A DNA stretch of 64,000 bases from Eledone cirrhosa (Eukaryota), in the NCBI GenBank assembly GCA_964016885.1, contig OZ024746.1:37448001-37512000 (forward strand), written 5' to 3'. Within the stretch, counting starts at the first letter, position 1, and each line of letters opens with the position of its first letter. The notes below the pieces were generated by a model. It saw only the letters and a list, made by a program, of their open reading frames with translations, made no database searches and had not been told where the DNA came from. Positions 13,701 through 28,979 of the stretch are shown here, piece by piece. Both the position numbers and the translations under genes were made by a program.

Positions 13701-16269
13701 AAAGGAAATATAAAAATAACTGTGCTATGTCAACACGAAATATATATATATAAGATACTAAACATAGCTAGTTATTTAATAAGATAACTTACCTATTTTA
13801 CTTGCTCACATTTTTTTCAGCGATTATTAAATTGTATTCTCTATTTGCTATACAACCAGCATGACCATATTGCTGAGGTTTTATTACATCTAATCACTTC
13901 CACCTATGCAGCTACGTTATTATTTCCCGCTGAATATTCCACCAAATGTCACTGTTTATTATTCCTATTTATTTATAGAAAATACACGAGAAAAAGAAAT
14001 TGCGTTCATAGGAAAGCAATTTGGATTTTGTTCTCTTGAGTATTTTACATTGGGTTTTCATACTATATAAAACCTGCTAACCATGGAGTTGAGTATACTT
14101 ATACGTCTACTGTAACAAATGTCATATTCAATTAGATCTGTACAATAAAGGAGGGAATCTTGAGACCTTATGTGAATACATCAAAAACTCTATTTACTAC
14201 AGAAAATATATGACAGCCTCTCTTGCAATACCAACTAACCAGCTACCCTAGCTTGTTCAGTCAAGTACTACCATATAGGCTGTGAAGTGTGTGTTGTTTT
14301 ATTCAATGCCCGCTCAATGCCCGTTTGAGTTATTTATCGATATTTGCCTGTACGCTTTCATCGTTTCCATTCCTTGAGACAACAAATATAATTGTGATTT
14401 GAAAAATACACGTTTCTATGTAAGACAAAGAAAGAAATGGATGCATGAAACAATATTGTTTTCAGCTTCTGTTGTCATACTCAAATCTAAATCCTTAACT
14501 ATCCCTACTAAAGTTTGGGTTCACCATCGCTGATGATCTTTTATAGTGGCAACATATATACAATAACTTTAAATCTACATTCTACAGACCAGCTTTACCA
14601 TTTGGTGGCAGAAAATGCATCAGCATTCCTCAAGCATTGGTATATGAGCAAAGCTAATATATAACAAATAGAAATAACTGCTCCCGCATCTACCACAGTG
14701 CTATTCCAACACACAAAATATTCCATGCCATATTAGACCATCAGAATTTCGGAAAATATTCCATGCTCAACGTCACAAAACCAGAAGTGTCTTAAATTTC
14801 CCGGCCTGCTCTACACCACATCATTTTACTCTTGAGTCAGCAAACACTGGCATATCATCTTTAACAAAATGTTTGTCCTGGTATTCTCTTATATAAATAC
14901 ATAAGCTGTAAAAGTACTAAATATGATAGTCCTGCGATAATCATTGTTGGCGCTATCTATAATTTCTATATGACTAGCAAATCAAAATCAATTCACAGCC
15001 ATAAAAGTGTAGAGAAACAAAAAAAATCTCAGATAAGTTTGTGAGTTGTAGAACAGGTATTGCAAGATTACTCAAATTGTTTCGAATGCAAGAAAGGAAA
15101 ACGTACATTTCTCAAAGTATATAACAAGCAGCACCGTGTAGGCCAAAATACATTTTGTATGCAACACTGGTTGGAATCCAGAAATCCTGAGTATCACACC
15201 ACTACTCTCTAAATATACTGGATAAAATTGTATTCTTTGGGAACACATTGTTTTTCAATCAGGGTTACACATTTGAAGCTCACTAAAATGCATCCAAATT
15301 GTCCGGATCGATCAACATCCGAGATGTCGGCGAGTTTATTTTTCAGTGTTTCTCTGACTATCACGGACACACACACATATAGACACACGCAGCCATACAG
15401 CCCCCACCCACCTTACATACACACATATATATATATTCACGGAGGTCGTCCTTGATTTTCACCACTTTCTTCTCGATCTCAGAGCTTTGTTTAATGGTAA
15501 TACTGACGTAAAGTTAGCAAATGTCGGTGTTACTTTATTGCATTCGGGGTGATAATACAAATGTTGAGTATTCAACAGTGCCTAAAGAGGAAAGATACGG
15601 TATGAGATTAGCCATATCCAAGAGATATGAAGTGATAGCAATAATCGGAGCACCCACCCAATGTACGTCCGAAGGGCTAGAAATCAAAGGTTATCTAACA
15701 CATTTTGCCAACCAATTGCAGGGCTAGAGAACCAGGAGTGTAAATGTTTCTCAAATACATGTTTCTTGATATTACCACATCTCAGCAAAAGTCACAACAG
15801 TGCTATCAACGAGGTCATTCAAAAGGAACTTCTAGATATGCAACTAGTCCCATCACTCACGATGGTCTCTGAAAATGCTTATTCAGGAGCACCTTCACGT
15901 CCACATTCACCTTCTGCAACGCAAGCAAATCACAACATACATATATTTTACACTACATGCAGTTCAATAGATTTGTTAAATATTAGATTCGTGTACGTTT
16001 CGACACCTACTCATCTGAATAAAGAATAACAATGCCACAAATTCTTCAACATTGCGGACATGCATCAGTATTAAATGCAGTGATGATAATTAGAGCTTAA
16101 CAGCCACGATTCAAGCAAAGGGTTGGAACGGAATGTAAGTAAATGTAAATTATGGAAGCAGTATTTATAAACGTCAAAATCAACACATCAGTACATGATT
16201 AAAAACATAAGGAGGCCACATGATTAATTTAGAACGGCCACCATACAGACTATAGTAATTAAATTAAAA

Positions 16270-16778
16270 AAGGTAGCTGAACCTGCCAGTAGAAGGGTAG
16301 CTGAACCTGCCAGTAGAAGAAAGAGGGAGAGGGAGTGGAGGAAACCCAGTCGTGCGTTGATAGTGACAACTACAGCAGGACAGGAGGTCAAGCAAGTATA
16401 CTAGGGAGGAGGAGGGGGAGGAAGTCGAAACAAAAAGTAAATCAATATGGAGTAAATATATAGAATGTTAAAAATATAAAAAAAAACAATTTCTGGTTAC
16501 TATTCCCTAATGCACGACTGGGTTTCCTCCACTCCCTCTGCCTCTCCCTCTTTCTTCTACTGGCAGGTTCAGCTACCCTTCCTTCCACAAATTGCCATGA
16601 TAGAATTATGTGTCTCAACAACAAACTTTTGACCAATCCTTGTGACAATCACTTTTACCATATATGGAATTACCCGCTGAGAAGCTCGGCTATTCATATA
16701 CCAGGATAAAACATTTCATTTAGTCCAGAATTAGCCGTCGAAACGGCTTGAGCTCAGCCGGCGGGGTCCTACTCGTTC

Positions 16779-16780
<2 letters not shown>
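16270..16780 (+). mobile_element. Family C PLE-like terminal repeat with inverted 5' segment
   Basis: About 16293-16355 is inverted relative to about 16512-16580. An HHR-like motif lies near the 3' end, which runs into (TA)n. Confidence 0.6.
16672..16767 (+). ncRNA. Degenerate hammerhead ribozyme, family C
   Basis: acccg-CTGAGAA-gctcggcta...tagccgtc-GAAA-cggct.tgagctc.agccg-GC-ggggt. Stems pair, but the core and cleavage site are mutated in this copy; the other family copies have TC at the cleavage site. Confidence 0.55.
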
Positions 16781-16834
<54 letters not shown>

Positions 16835-16836
<2 letters not shown>

Positions 16837-18017
16837 ACAAACATAAATTATCGAGATTCGCATTTCGGCCCACTAAATAACGAAAAACAACCTGCGAGAT
16901 GTGCCGCAAGTGCTCAATGATTCAGATGAACCACAGCTATAACAAACGTTAAAGGCCAAACACACTGAGACGAGGTTAAACAATAATTCGCATAGCCAAA
17001 AAAACGATAAAGTAATTTGGGTATTGAAAATTTACCCGGACCCCTGGAACGTTGGTAAAATCCAGTATATGTGTTTCTGCGGCTCCTAAATCAAGTACCG
17101 TCCGCTTACATAAATAATGTCAGGCTTCTGGTAAGATGATTGAACAAGGAAGCCACTTTCTTAACAGGTTTTAGTTCAATGTTAATACAAGGACTGACTA
17201 TTGCTGACCCCACGTGGGGATCGGCAAGGGAGGCAACCCCTGTATCAGGCGAATGAATTCAGTTGTGTATATTTTTGCAAGAATGCTAACACATCACAAA
17301 TCGAATAGACTTCTCAACAGTAGGGTTAAAATTAACATAAGCTATTCATCAGTCAATAGAATCAACAAAAAAATCAAGAAAATTAACTGGTCAATAGCTA
17401 GAGTCTGGAGAATAATACAAACATAAATTATCGAGATTCACATTTCGGCCCACGAAATAACGAAAAACAACCTCCGAGATGTGCCGCAAGTGCTCAATGA
17501 TTCAGATGAACCACAGCTATAGCATACGTTAACGGCCAAACACACTGAGAAGATGGTTAAACATCATTCGCATAGCCAAAAAAACGATCAAGTAATTCGG
17601 GTATTGAACATTTACCCGGACCCCTGGAAGGTTGGTAAAATCTAGTATATGGGTTTCTGCGGATCCTAAATCAAGTACTGTCCGCTTACATAAATAATGT
17701 CAGGCTTCTGGTAAGATGATTGAACAAGGAAGCCACTTTCTCATCAGGTTTTAGTTCAATTTTAATACAAGGACTGACTATTGCTGACTCAACGTCGGGA
17801 TCGGCAAGGGAGACAACCCCTATATCAGGCGAATGAATTGAGTTGTGTATATTTTTGCAAGAATGCAAAAACATCACAAATTGAATAGAGTTCTCAACAG
17901 AAGGGTTAAAATTAACATAATCTATTCATCAGTCAATAGAATCAACTAAAAAATTAAGAAAATTAACTGGTGAATAGCTAGAGTCTGGAGCATAATACAA
18001 ACATAAATTATCGAGAT
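16835..18017. repeat. Tandem repeat, 580 bp unit x2 plus 23 bp of a third
   Basis: atacaaacataaattatcgagatt recurs at 16835, 17415 and 17995. The units are diverged by scattered substitutions. Confidence 0.9.
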
Positions 18018-18019
18018 TA

Positions 18020-19680
18020 ACTCGAATTTTCAGCTCTTGTCTTATACGGAGAAGTGTGTGTGTGTGTATATGTCTCTTTGTATGTTAGTGTACGCGTGTG
18101 TATGTATGTGTGTGTATATATATGTGTATGTCTATATCTGTGTATGTGTGTGAGGGGGGGGGGGGGCAGTATTTTGTGATACTGGTAAAAATGGTGTACA
18201 TTATTCGATATGTTCAGTAAAAACGATTCTCTCAATAGAACATCAAAAACCTTAATAATAAAAGGTGTGAAATGATATATAGTATTGTGATAACACTAAG
18301 GTGTGTGTGAGTGTCCAGGTCGTACGTACTGCAAGGGGAATCCATTAGGCCCTGCCGTATTGGAATACTTGTGTACAAACATGTATGTGCCCATCAGTGT
18401 GCAATGCATGTGTGCGTATATGTATGTGTGTCAGCACGTTTATATATATATACATCAAAAGGTATGCAAATTTTTGTATATTTGTGTTGCACCATAGAAC
18501 ATGTGTGTTTAAGTATGTCATTGTGTTTATATGTGGATAGAGATGTATGTAGGATGTACGCTGATGTAGGTATGTATGTTGACGTGTGTATGTTGTGGGT
18601 TCGTCTTAGGGAGAAGTATTTAGACGGGGTCCGTATTTGTTAATAAAGTGAGATTCCTTGCTGATGCGTTGGGTGTGGGTGGCATTATCTTTAAATTTGT
18701 AGAGGGGAAAGATTCTGAAGTTGGGTTGATTTTAGGCGGCACAGGTATCAATGTGTTCACTCAGTGGTGTTTTCCTGTATTCCCGTATTTTAATTTGGGA
18801 TCTATGGACAGTCATGCGTTGGCGGAGGCTGTTTTTGGTCTGGCCTATGTATTGTTCTCGACAACCTGAGCAAGTTAATACATATATTAGATTTTCTGAT
18901 GCGCATTTGAAATTATGTTTTACTATAAAACGTTGTCCTTCTTTGAAATAGAATTCCGCACCCCCTATTAGGTTGATGCATATGCCACAGTTGGGTCTAT
19001 CACATTTTTTTTTCTGTGGGTTTCGTTGTTGTGGCTGGCAGTACTTTGGCATGTGTTAGGATGTTTTTCATTGACTTAGATTGTCTTTTGCTCTTTATGA
19101 TATCGTGTGTTCGTAGGATTTGGTTCGTTCTATGGTCCTTTTTCAACACAGGGATATTCTGGAGGATGGTGTCCAAAACCTCATTGTTGAGGGGGTTGTG
19201 TGTGGAGATGTATGGAAGAGCTTTTAGTTTCGGTTGATTTACTTTAGGGTGTCTAAGGCCCTGGGTACTGAGTTTTAGGGCACGTTGGATCCCTTTGTCA
19301 ATTAGTGATGCAGGGAAGTCCCTGCCAATGAGAGTGTCCTTTAGTTCATGTACACGTAAGTGACAGGTGTTTTTATTGGAGACTGTAGTACTGATTCTCT
19401 TGGCTAAGTTGTAGGGAATATTAATTTTAACGTGTCTAGGGTTGCAAGAGTTGAAAGGAAAATATTACTGAAAATATCGAATAATGTACACCATGTTTAC
19501 CAGTATCACAAAAATACTGGTCCACCCACACACCCACACACACACTCACATACACACATATACACATACACACACATATATACACACACACATACAAACG
19601 CGTACACTAACATACAAAGAGACATATACGCACACCCACACCCACACACACACTTCCCCGTATAAGACAAGAGCTGAAAA
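18020..19680 (-). mobile_element. Penelope-like retroelement, Neptune-type, 5'-truncated with an inverted terminal copy
   Basis: Minus strand encodes the RT thumb (FPFNSCNPRHVKINIPYNLAKRI), the Cys linker CDRPNCGIC and the GIY-YIG NLIYVLTCSGCREQYIGQTKNSLRQRMTVH. About 18027-18220 is inverted at about 19465-19680. Confidence 0.88.
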
Positions 19681-19766
19681 ATATGTTAACATGTTAAAAT
19701 ATCTCCCACACACGTACAGACACATTCCTACTGACCGATCCCTCTACTACGAATTACTCTGCTACA

Positions 19767-19819
<53 letters not shown>

Positions 19820-19898
19820 ACATACGCACACTTGTCTTAATAGGCACCTGAACTGTTGACCTGTCAACATGACTGCAATTTACACACACATCCCTACA

Positions 19899-20080
19899 TT
19901 GGCAATATCAGTAGAGGGTCGAAAGCCATGCTTTCCAGCATAGTTACGTCCCTTTACGATCTGAGTTCAAATCCCGCCGAGGTTGATTTTGCCTTTCATC
20001 CTTACAGGGTCGATAAAATAAAGTACCAGTAATGCACTAGTAATTGCTGGCCTTGTGCCTAAAGTAGAAACAATTATCAC
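19899..20080 (+). mobile_element. Nin-domain tRNA-derived SINE
   Basis: gagttcaaatcccgccgaggttgattttgcctttcatccttacagggtcgataaaataaagtaccag...ggccttgtgcctaaagtagaaac. Confidence 0.88.
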
Positions 20081-20526
20081 AACAATGAATCTCTTTACCA
20101 CTACACACACACACACACATATTTGTCTGAAAAGACTTATTTTGCAGTGACTTCTCAATCAGCCGAGACAAACCTACATTTGGCGCATAATCAATTTTTA
20201 ACATTCACATGACCTCTACCGACCAATCAAAATTGTTTTGACCACAAGAATTTTTGCAACACGAATTGGCGCGAAACTTATTTTAATACATCTGGAGCCA
20301 CTTTTTTCACATAAAACAGGTAGAATTTCCAAAACTAATCAGATTAGAGTAAACATCACGGGCGCTCTATCTCAAAATTATTTTTGAAAAGCATTAGAAA
20401 TGCGCAACCGGTAAAAACTTAAAACCAAAACAGAATACTAACCAATACTTATTACTAATTTTTACTCATTCCTAATTAAACTATTTTTCATTGGGAACAA
20501 TTTGTCAGCATTTTCTTTTCCTTTGA

Positions 20527-20576
<50 letters not shown>

Positions 20577-22299
20577 TGCAGATGGGGTATGTGTGTTTGT
20601 ATTGTTCCTATATATGTTTTAAAAGCCCCACGGTGTTTCACGTTTTCCTATAACAATTGAATCAATCAATGCTATGGTTGTTGCATTCGTTTCAAAAACA
20701 ATGCAACAATTTGTTTCATTTTTTCTTGACGAATGACCACACTGAGAAACATTTTAAATTGCGCAACTTAGTATTTACACACACAGAGATACATAGACAC
20801 CCACACACAAACACTTATGACAGGGAACATAAGCACAAACATTTCTTTCTAAGTTTTTGGGAGGAATGATATAACAATGGGAACTGGTCATATATGATAA
20901 TATTTAAATCTACTTAAGGTAACAATCATAAACATATTAATTCTGTCGGATTAAAGAAAAAAATAACATGTTCACCTTACTGTTTACCTATATATGTATA
21001 TATATATGTATATATATGTGTGTGTGTGCGTGCGTGTGGGTGTGTTTGTAAGTATTCATGCTTGTGTGTTGGTTCTTTAATATTTACGTTTAATATCACA
21101 AAGACCCATCCCACACTTTATTATTCACGTCAGGTATGTATTATATTGAAAACATGCTGATGTTCAAGTTCAATGTTTCTTATATCCTACGATCCAATGT
21201 CACTGCCTTTAAATTTCATATCAATTATGACTTGGCATATTAAATTCCATCCTACCAATGATAAAATATCAATATCTCATATATCCTTGGTTTTATTCTG
21301 AGCAGTATACACGTACAATGCAATACATTGACGTCATTAGAAATTATATAATATATCGAGTATTTGTTGTCCGAAATATTTCATTTAATGCTTCTCATTT
21401 GATGTGATTCGACACATTTCCTGTATTGGCAGAAATTATAAGCGGATTGGAGTAAATGGTAGACGGATTTAGATACGTTCTAAGCTCAATTCATGACAAA
21501 GTGAAGTTTGATTTCTCGTGGTTCAGGATGTCAAAAAATACGCACGAGTCTATAATACTGAAATTAATCCAATAGATTATACCTAGCTTCTCTAACATTG
21601 GGTATCATACTTCTGGGGATGAAATAATATAATAGCTCCGACACGGGCTGCGATCCATTTTTAAATCAATGGCTTGCCGTATGAAACACCGCTAAGGAAA
21701 GCAGCTTTTCTTAATTATATGTCGCATCTGCCAAAGTTTTGTTGTTTACATTCTGTCACAGTTATCAGTGAAGCATTTATGTTTCGTTGTTCTGTCACCG
21801 AAATTACAAATACTGGACACAGTGTACTTCAATTGAATCAATACCTAATACATTGTGAAAGAATGAAATAAATACATAGAAACCGTCAAAATTGGCTTTC
21901 TGGCATATTTTTGTTCTTATGTTAAATAGTACCTGGGTGCAATCTCCTTTGCCTTCGATTCCTTAGGTGTATGAAGAATATGCATCTATTGCTACCATCG
22001 GAAGGCAGCATTTATTTATTGAAGCTTAGGCTAAAAGAAACGTCATCTTAGACGGTGAAATACCATACACCAAACGTAGAGTTCAAATGGAGATCCTTCC
22101 TTGATGAAATATCTACAGCGTTAGATGTAATGAGGATAAAGTCATATCTACTAATGAAAGACTAAAATGCATATGAAGCCACAGATCAGCTGACAGGAAA
22201 AGGAGTGATTGTAAGGAATAATGATGTCGATCTATACATTGACAGAGAGGCCTAATTAGTCTTCTGTTCTTGAACTTGGCTCTCTATTTTGAAAACATT

Positions 22300-23150
22300 T
22301 TTAACACCCCAAACACATCAATAAATATACATGGTAAGAGGGTAATCGTAGACAGAGATCAGTGATTGAAGTTTGTGTTTAATAGTTTCTATAATGTAAG
22401 ATTATGTGTTGGATGTTCGTGTTAAGAGACGGACAAAGCTTTAAACTGATCACCGTCCAGTAATCTCTAGTTTGGGACTATCTAGTGTCAGGTAAATCCA
22501 TATAACTGAAATCCCCAGCATGATATGCACGATGAAGTTGGAAACACTGGATGATGAGCAGGCAAGACACGGCATCCGGATAGTATTACATCCAAATTCA
22601 AACTCCCTGATGATTTGGAAACGGATCCGAGACTGTTCAGCTCCGTTTCTTCTAATCTAACTGTTACATTCTGCGAGCGAACGGTTCTTAGTTTAGCACC
22701 GTGTTACTGTGCAGTAATCAGGTTTTCAATCAGAAGGGTAAAGATGCTATTCAAGGAAAGAAAAGGGTTGTATAGCTTAATTTGTGAATATATCTTTCCT
22801 CTTACAAGCTGGTTCGAAATGCCGTCCAAGTTTAAGAGATGAGAGGACTTTGGTGTTTTGATGGAGATCGCACACCACTCGTGTTATCAGGATCTCGTCT
22901 GGGTTCCTTCTCTCTGAAGCAAGTTGCATCACATTGCGGGGGAAAGAATAATTTGATGATCTAAATCCGGTCACATAACGTCTTCTGGTGTACATGAAAT
23001 GCATCTAGAAGACGGGACTAACAACTAGACGCTGAGTTTATCTGACAAATTCAGGCGCTCCATTGTGGAGAAATTTGGGGGACGACAAAATTCAGGCAGG
23101 GATGTTAAAAACTTTAAATATTGAAGGTATGCTGAGGCTCACTAATGTGT
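22300..23150 (-). mobile_element. Possible highly decayed Tx1-like LINE endonuclease relic
   Basis: A higher-complexity block whose broken minus-strand translation (...QCFQLHRAYH...LTLDSPKL.DYW) weakly resembles the end of an APE domain. Many stops. Confidence 0.3.
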
Positions 23151-26100
23151 GCCGGTTGCCCTGGTTTTCTAGTAAGGTAACAAAGCAATTGCGTTCGTGA
23201 GAGAGATTCCCAAATCACTTAATATTAAATGAATTTCATATCTCTAAATATAGTACCACCAAAGAACTGTGTAGGTGTCATTGGCTGTCCAGCAAATCTA
23301 CTACCCAAAACAAATTTGTAGATAGTAGGCCCCATTGTCTACAACGTGAATTTAAAATAAGATTCATAATATTCCAGTTATTGCACAAATTCTATTAAAT
23401 GAGCTTTCAATCGTATTCACATAAAGAGAAGAATATATTATCGACTAAATTTATAGACACCGATTTTAAACTCGATATTCACAACATATGAATGCTTTCA
23501 AACAAAGAGATAGATACAATAGAGTATGACAGAAACATTCAATGAAATTGCAGCTTAATAAACAACAACCAGTGAAAATAAACCTGCTCCTTGCGTATCC
23601 AGATAACATCGTCTCTATTAATCCATTATTTATAAATTGCTGATGTTAATTGCAAAATCGAATATTTTAAAATAAAAAGAATGATGCATTTACTATTATC
23701 CAATAAAATAATCGCACCTTCGGGAATACCTGGATTCGATTAGGTAAAGAAAATAACGTTCAATTAATTCAAACATTTAAAAGTTAGATGGGGTTTCAAA
23801 CGTGACAAATTGCCTCTATTACCAGTAATGACAATATATGGTCATAGTAACGTAAGCCATACATACACCACACTACGTAACTCTAACTTTTAAACAAATG
23901 TATCATGATGTAACGTATTCCGGTACAGTTTGATCCAGAATTAATTTAATAGCAACTGAATTATTTCATAGTTCGAGAACCTATGTGCATCTCTTCAATA
24001 ACGGTCCATTGGAAATTGTACTAACAAAACAAAATATAAAGCAATATGGTATCAAATTGTTATACTACACTACAACATCATGTTTATATATTTAGATTAC
24101 AATGTATTAAAGCCAGAACAGGGTATGAATTGACTTAGAATCAAATTAGAAGAGTTGTTATTTGATAGAGAGGTATAGATATTATATAGTGTCATATTTT
24201 ATTCTATTAAATAAATATTGTTACATCATATAATATGTAGAAGTGTTTTCCCCTCCGTTTATACCAGTTATCCACTGACTCCCACCCATTACATGTGTAC
24301 CTATAATAATTCATAGTCTTATATTTTTCTTATTAAAAACGCTGCTGTAATACAGAGATGGAATATATTAAACTCTTTAATGGAAACCAAACGTATACCT
24401 GCACTTAAGGTATTAATATTTATATTAAGAAAGTGGAAGTTTTATATTCCATAGTCACGATGCCTTTTACTGTGATATGGCCGTAATTCTTTAGAGTGTT
24501 CACATGGGCAACATTCTCATAGTTTTAGTTTAGCTGGCAGCTTGCTCACAAATTCCATTGTCAGAGGTGTTTAATATACTTGTTGAGTACCTACTTAGAA
24601 TCAACTTTATCAGAACAATCCAATAATGCAATTTCACTTTCTAGATAGTGAAGTGCCATGCAAACGATTGTACTTTTTATCAAATTATAGACTGGGAATT
24701 CATATGTTACCCACATTATTAACTTAGGCATTTTATTGGCTTATACTGCTAAAGGTCTCCAACTTATAGAAGGAAATTAATTGAGATTTCAGATCAATTT
24801 GATAATATGGAACAATTGCAATCATCACCAGCGGAGTTTGTTTTTATAATTATTCTTGGAAGCTAGAGTTTATTGTTGATATTTGTACAAGAACAGAGAA
24901 ATCGATTGAATGTCTATTATTGTATTACGAAAGCTAGGTTGATTTTCAGCAAAGTCGCGTTACAAACAATATATCCGTCAACTTAGCCGACAACACGATG
25001 CTGCGATTCCCTTCTCAAAATCGAAGGCACAATCTTCAAATTAGTGGCGTAGTGTCATTGAATTAGCAGAATGCTCAGTAAAAATATTATTTTTTGCAGG
25101 TTTTTTCGCACAATGTCCTTATAACGAATTATTAGTAAATTCGTAATAACATGTTTGTAAAAACCTGTTGTCTATTTTGTTAATATTGTCACTAACAATC
25201 GAACGTTGGTTTACTAAAACAACAATAAAATGTATGTGGTCAATTTACGCATTTGCACTAGATATATGTTGGTTAAATATTTGTTCTATCATATTGCATG
25301 TCACCTGTGTGGCAGCGACGAATTTATGCTTTTCTAGTAGATAACAAATTCGTATTTCTTTAACTATCATCCCCATTCGAGTAACTTGAATTAGATGATT
25401 ATCTGACAAAACTCCGTTGCAGATAAACATAGATATCGGCGTTTGAGTGGTTGATCTACATTATGCTAACATTTAACTATAGTTTTAAACATCCTTAGAT
25501 TTGGTTTGGAATAAGTTCTTCATTATTGATATCGCTTTGACGTAACATGCTCTGACTTGATATAAATATCAAAAAGTGTTTTAGTTTCACATTCTGTCAT
25601 ACATCACCAATATAGACAGATACATAGGTCGGAATCCAAAGATTATTGACTTTCAAATAGCATTAGTCAACCAAGCTTTTTCCTGCGACCCAAGTATTTA
25701 CGGTTCTTTAAAAGTATTATTAGCATCTTTGATTAAAGCAATGAAGCTAAGACGAGTATTAATTGTTTATTAACATGTGTTATGCAGGATATATTTCTAA
25801 AATAGCTACCTTCTTAGCTGGTATAATACAGAAGGAAGTTACAGTTATATTGTAAATAATGTCTACATTCTTTGCAGTTTATCTCTGTTTGTATGAGTCT
25901 ATATTCATGGAATAATATAAATTTGCAATACAGTCAGTAAATATATATTACAGTTTAGCAGTGAAAACATATCTCCCAGTCAGATACTATTATCTTGTTG
26001 CATGCGGTCAGGAAAATAGTATGTATATTTATTTATATTACATCATATAGAGTTTCGTAAGTAGTTGCAATACGAGAGTAAAGTTTCAAAGGTCGATTAC

Positions 26101-28979
26101 TTATATATCAAAATGTATATTGCATGTAATAACAAACGTAAATATTTGTAAATATATGACAGATATGTTGGCTGCAGTGATGCGTTACATAAAATATATA
26201 GCCACAAACTCTTTTTGAGCAAATTGTTGACAGACACTGTGATGTGTTAAAAAATATTACTTAAATGACAAGTAAAGATATTGAATTTACGAAGAAGCCC
26301 CAGTTAAAAATTGTCGGTATATAAACATCTTTGAAAGAAAGTTGAATCTTTGTATAGATGTGTTCGTTTTATATTTTTTGTCGCTGCTTCTAGTGCAATA
26401 AAGACAACTAAATATATATATTTGTATCTAGAATTTCTTTGGAATGTGGTGGGTTTGACCCTAATATATGACTACCGAGTTGTTCAATGTCGTGATCTCT
26501 TAAATAAAGGTCAGTGTAAATTACTAATTGGCTGTCTAAGAAGGAAATAGAAATAATAGCCGACTATTTGAAAATCTCATTTTTCTGAATCATTGTTTTA
26601 TTGAGAAATAGTATTTTATATAATAATATGTATAATTATCATGATGTCGATTTATTTAACAGGAAGGCTATCACTAAATTTGAAATAAAGAAATAAGTAC
26701 GTTAATTCGATAGTAAATTTCTGTTTTTAGTTCGTAAAGAGTAGGCAGAGAGTTCTTGTAAATGTTTGTTAATGTTTAGATTTTATTCTCTGCTTCAGCA
26801 ACTTTGTTTAGACTGGTATAATTAAATGATAAAATATATCTTAGCAAGCGCAAAAACAATACAAGTTGTCATGTGTGTATATTCTTTTTGACTAAAGAAA
26901 AGCGCAATACAAAATTAAAAAGAACATAATATAAACGTAAATATTTTGAATTCAAAATATTCTGGCACATTAATGGAAATGGTAATATCTATTTTTTTAT
27001 TCTTTTATGTTAAAATTCATTACATTGCTTTTAATGATAACAGAAAATTAATTTCCATATAATTGTGATCATCTAGATACGTTTCAATGCCAGATAAAAT
27101 CTATAGTGTATATTTGTATGTGTATGTGTGTGTGTTCCTGCGTGTGCGTGTATGTGTGTTTACATGTATATATATTATGAAAAATATATGTATCTAACCC
27201 AAACCTAAATGAAACATTTAAAAATCTACGTATACTATTAGATATAAAGTTGTAATTCATATATATTTCTTTGAATTCGAACTAATTTCGGTTTCCCTCT
27301 TTTCTATTAATCTTAGGAGTATATTCAGATATATATTACGTAATATATATATCTATATATGTGTGTGTGCGTGTATGTGTGTGTGTGCGTGTGTGTGTGT
27401 ATATGTATATATGTGTGTGTGTGTGTTTGTGTGTGTTTGTGTGTGTGTGTGTGTGTTTGTGCGTGTGCGTGTGCGTGTGTGTGTGCGTATGTGTATCATA
27501 GAATAAATACCTCTATTATCTCAGCCCGCCCAATCTATTTATTCCCCAAATCAACATCCCACTATCACCGAATATTGAAATCCGCGATTTCATTTTCTCA
27601 CCTACATAGAAAATAATACACTTTTCAACTCATTTCTCTTCATCTCGCGATGTTCTCCTCACCTATTTACAATAAACGCAACTGACATAATATTCACACT
27701 CAACTAACAAATGCCCCTAGTCACCAAACATAAGGCTCTCTAACTTAGTAAGCTAATTATTCTCTATTTGGCTGAGGTCTTATTTGTGGTCAAGTGATTT
27801 CCCATGCCGGTATACAATCATCAACCGGTCATTGAGTTGACCATGCCACATGGAAGGGGCCTTAACTATATGAAAGATCTTGCTGCTCAGGTTGGGACGC
27901 AGACCATTGAATAATGTAACGAACCCACCAGATGGCTCTATGGTGTTACATTCGCAATTTCGTTGCTATGGGTTCTCACACTCATGAACTGCTCAGGTTT
28001 TACTCCATCGTTCAACTTCTGAATCCAATCCTCTTCCATTATCATTATCATCACCATTGACTTCTACTCCTGTGTCTCCACAACTCACCCACTGAAACAT
28101 CATTCTTTTACAAACAACGGATCCCAATTCAGCAATGGAATTAACTGCTCCTTCACCATCAATATCATATATGCTGGTCTTTAAATATGAATTCGCCGTT
28201 TCCCACCTCACCCCGATGTGACACGACCCATTTTAACATAATTAGACATTCAACACGAAGCTACAACATTTCTAATCCAAACTATTAACCCCAATCAACA
28301 TCAATTTAGTTCAATCAGCATACTTCATTAACTCCTCTCCATCGCATAATCCTACCAATCCGATTCGTTTACATGGCACCTCTTCCTTAACAATTGCTCC
28401 TTTAGATGTTCCCACATCAGTCATGATTTATTGGTCTGGAGCACCCCATTCTACGTCCAGACCTAACACCGAGCACTTCCCTGCTATCACATGTGTAGTT
28501 TCATCTAGCAATATCCCACCATCACTACAATCAATATAAATATTTAAATCCTTACGTAAGAACAATTTCAAAGTTTATCTACCCACTTAAGTGTTTTACT
28601 ACTTATTCTTTTTGCATAGAATAGATTGGGTATCAACTGGGCTTTATGAAAATCAATAAATTTTGTATATCTCCCTTCTCGTCACACAAACATGATGAAT
28701 CCTCCAATATTCGTTTCCATAAGGATCACGATTTCGTCATTTCACACACGATCCTCATCCACAGATTCGATTCCCAACTATATATTATTGTATAACCCCA
28801 CCCCAGTAAGTATATTTATTACGTTGAAAGCAACAGACACAACGCACATAATGATTTGACATGCCACGCACAGAGATCGTCACACAAATATTGAATATTA
28901 TTGATAGAAACACACATAATATCATTCTCAACGTCGCGTTTTATTTAGCTGATTCAACTCATCAAAATACAAGACTCGC

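Noticed and set aside
23200-27000. Possible host exons or old transposase remnants in AT-rich unique sequence
   Set aside because: No consistent open frame with paired splice signals and no recognisable motif was found.
27780-28560. Possible decayed LINE endonuclease
   Set aside because: Only a faint resemblance across many stops, which is not enough to call.
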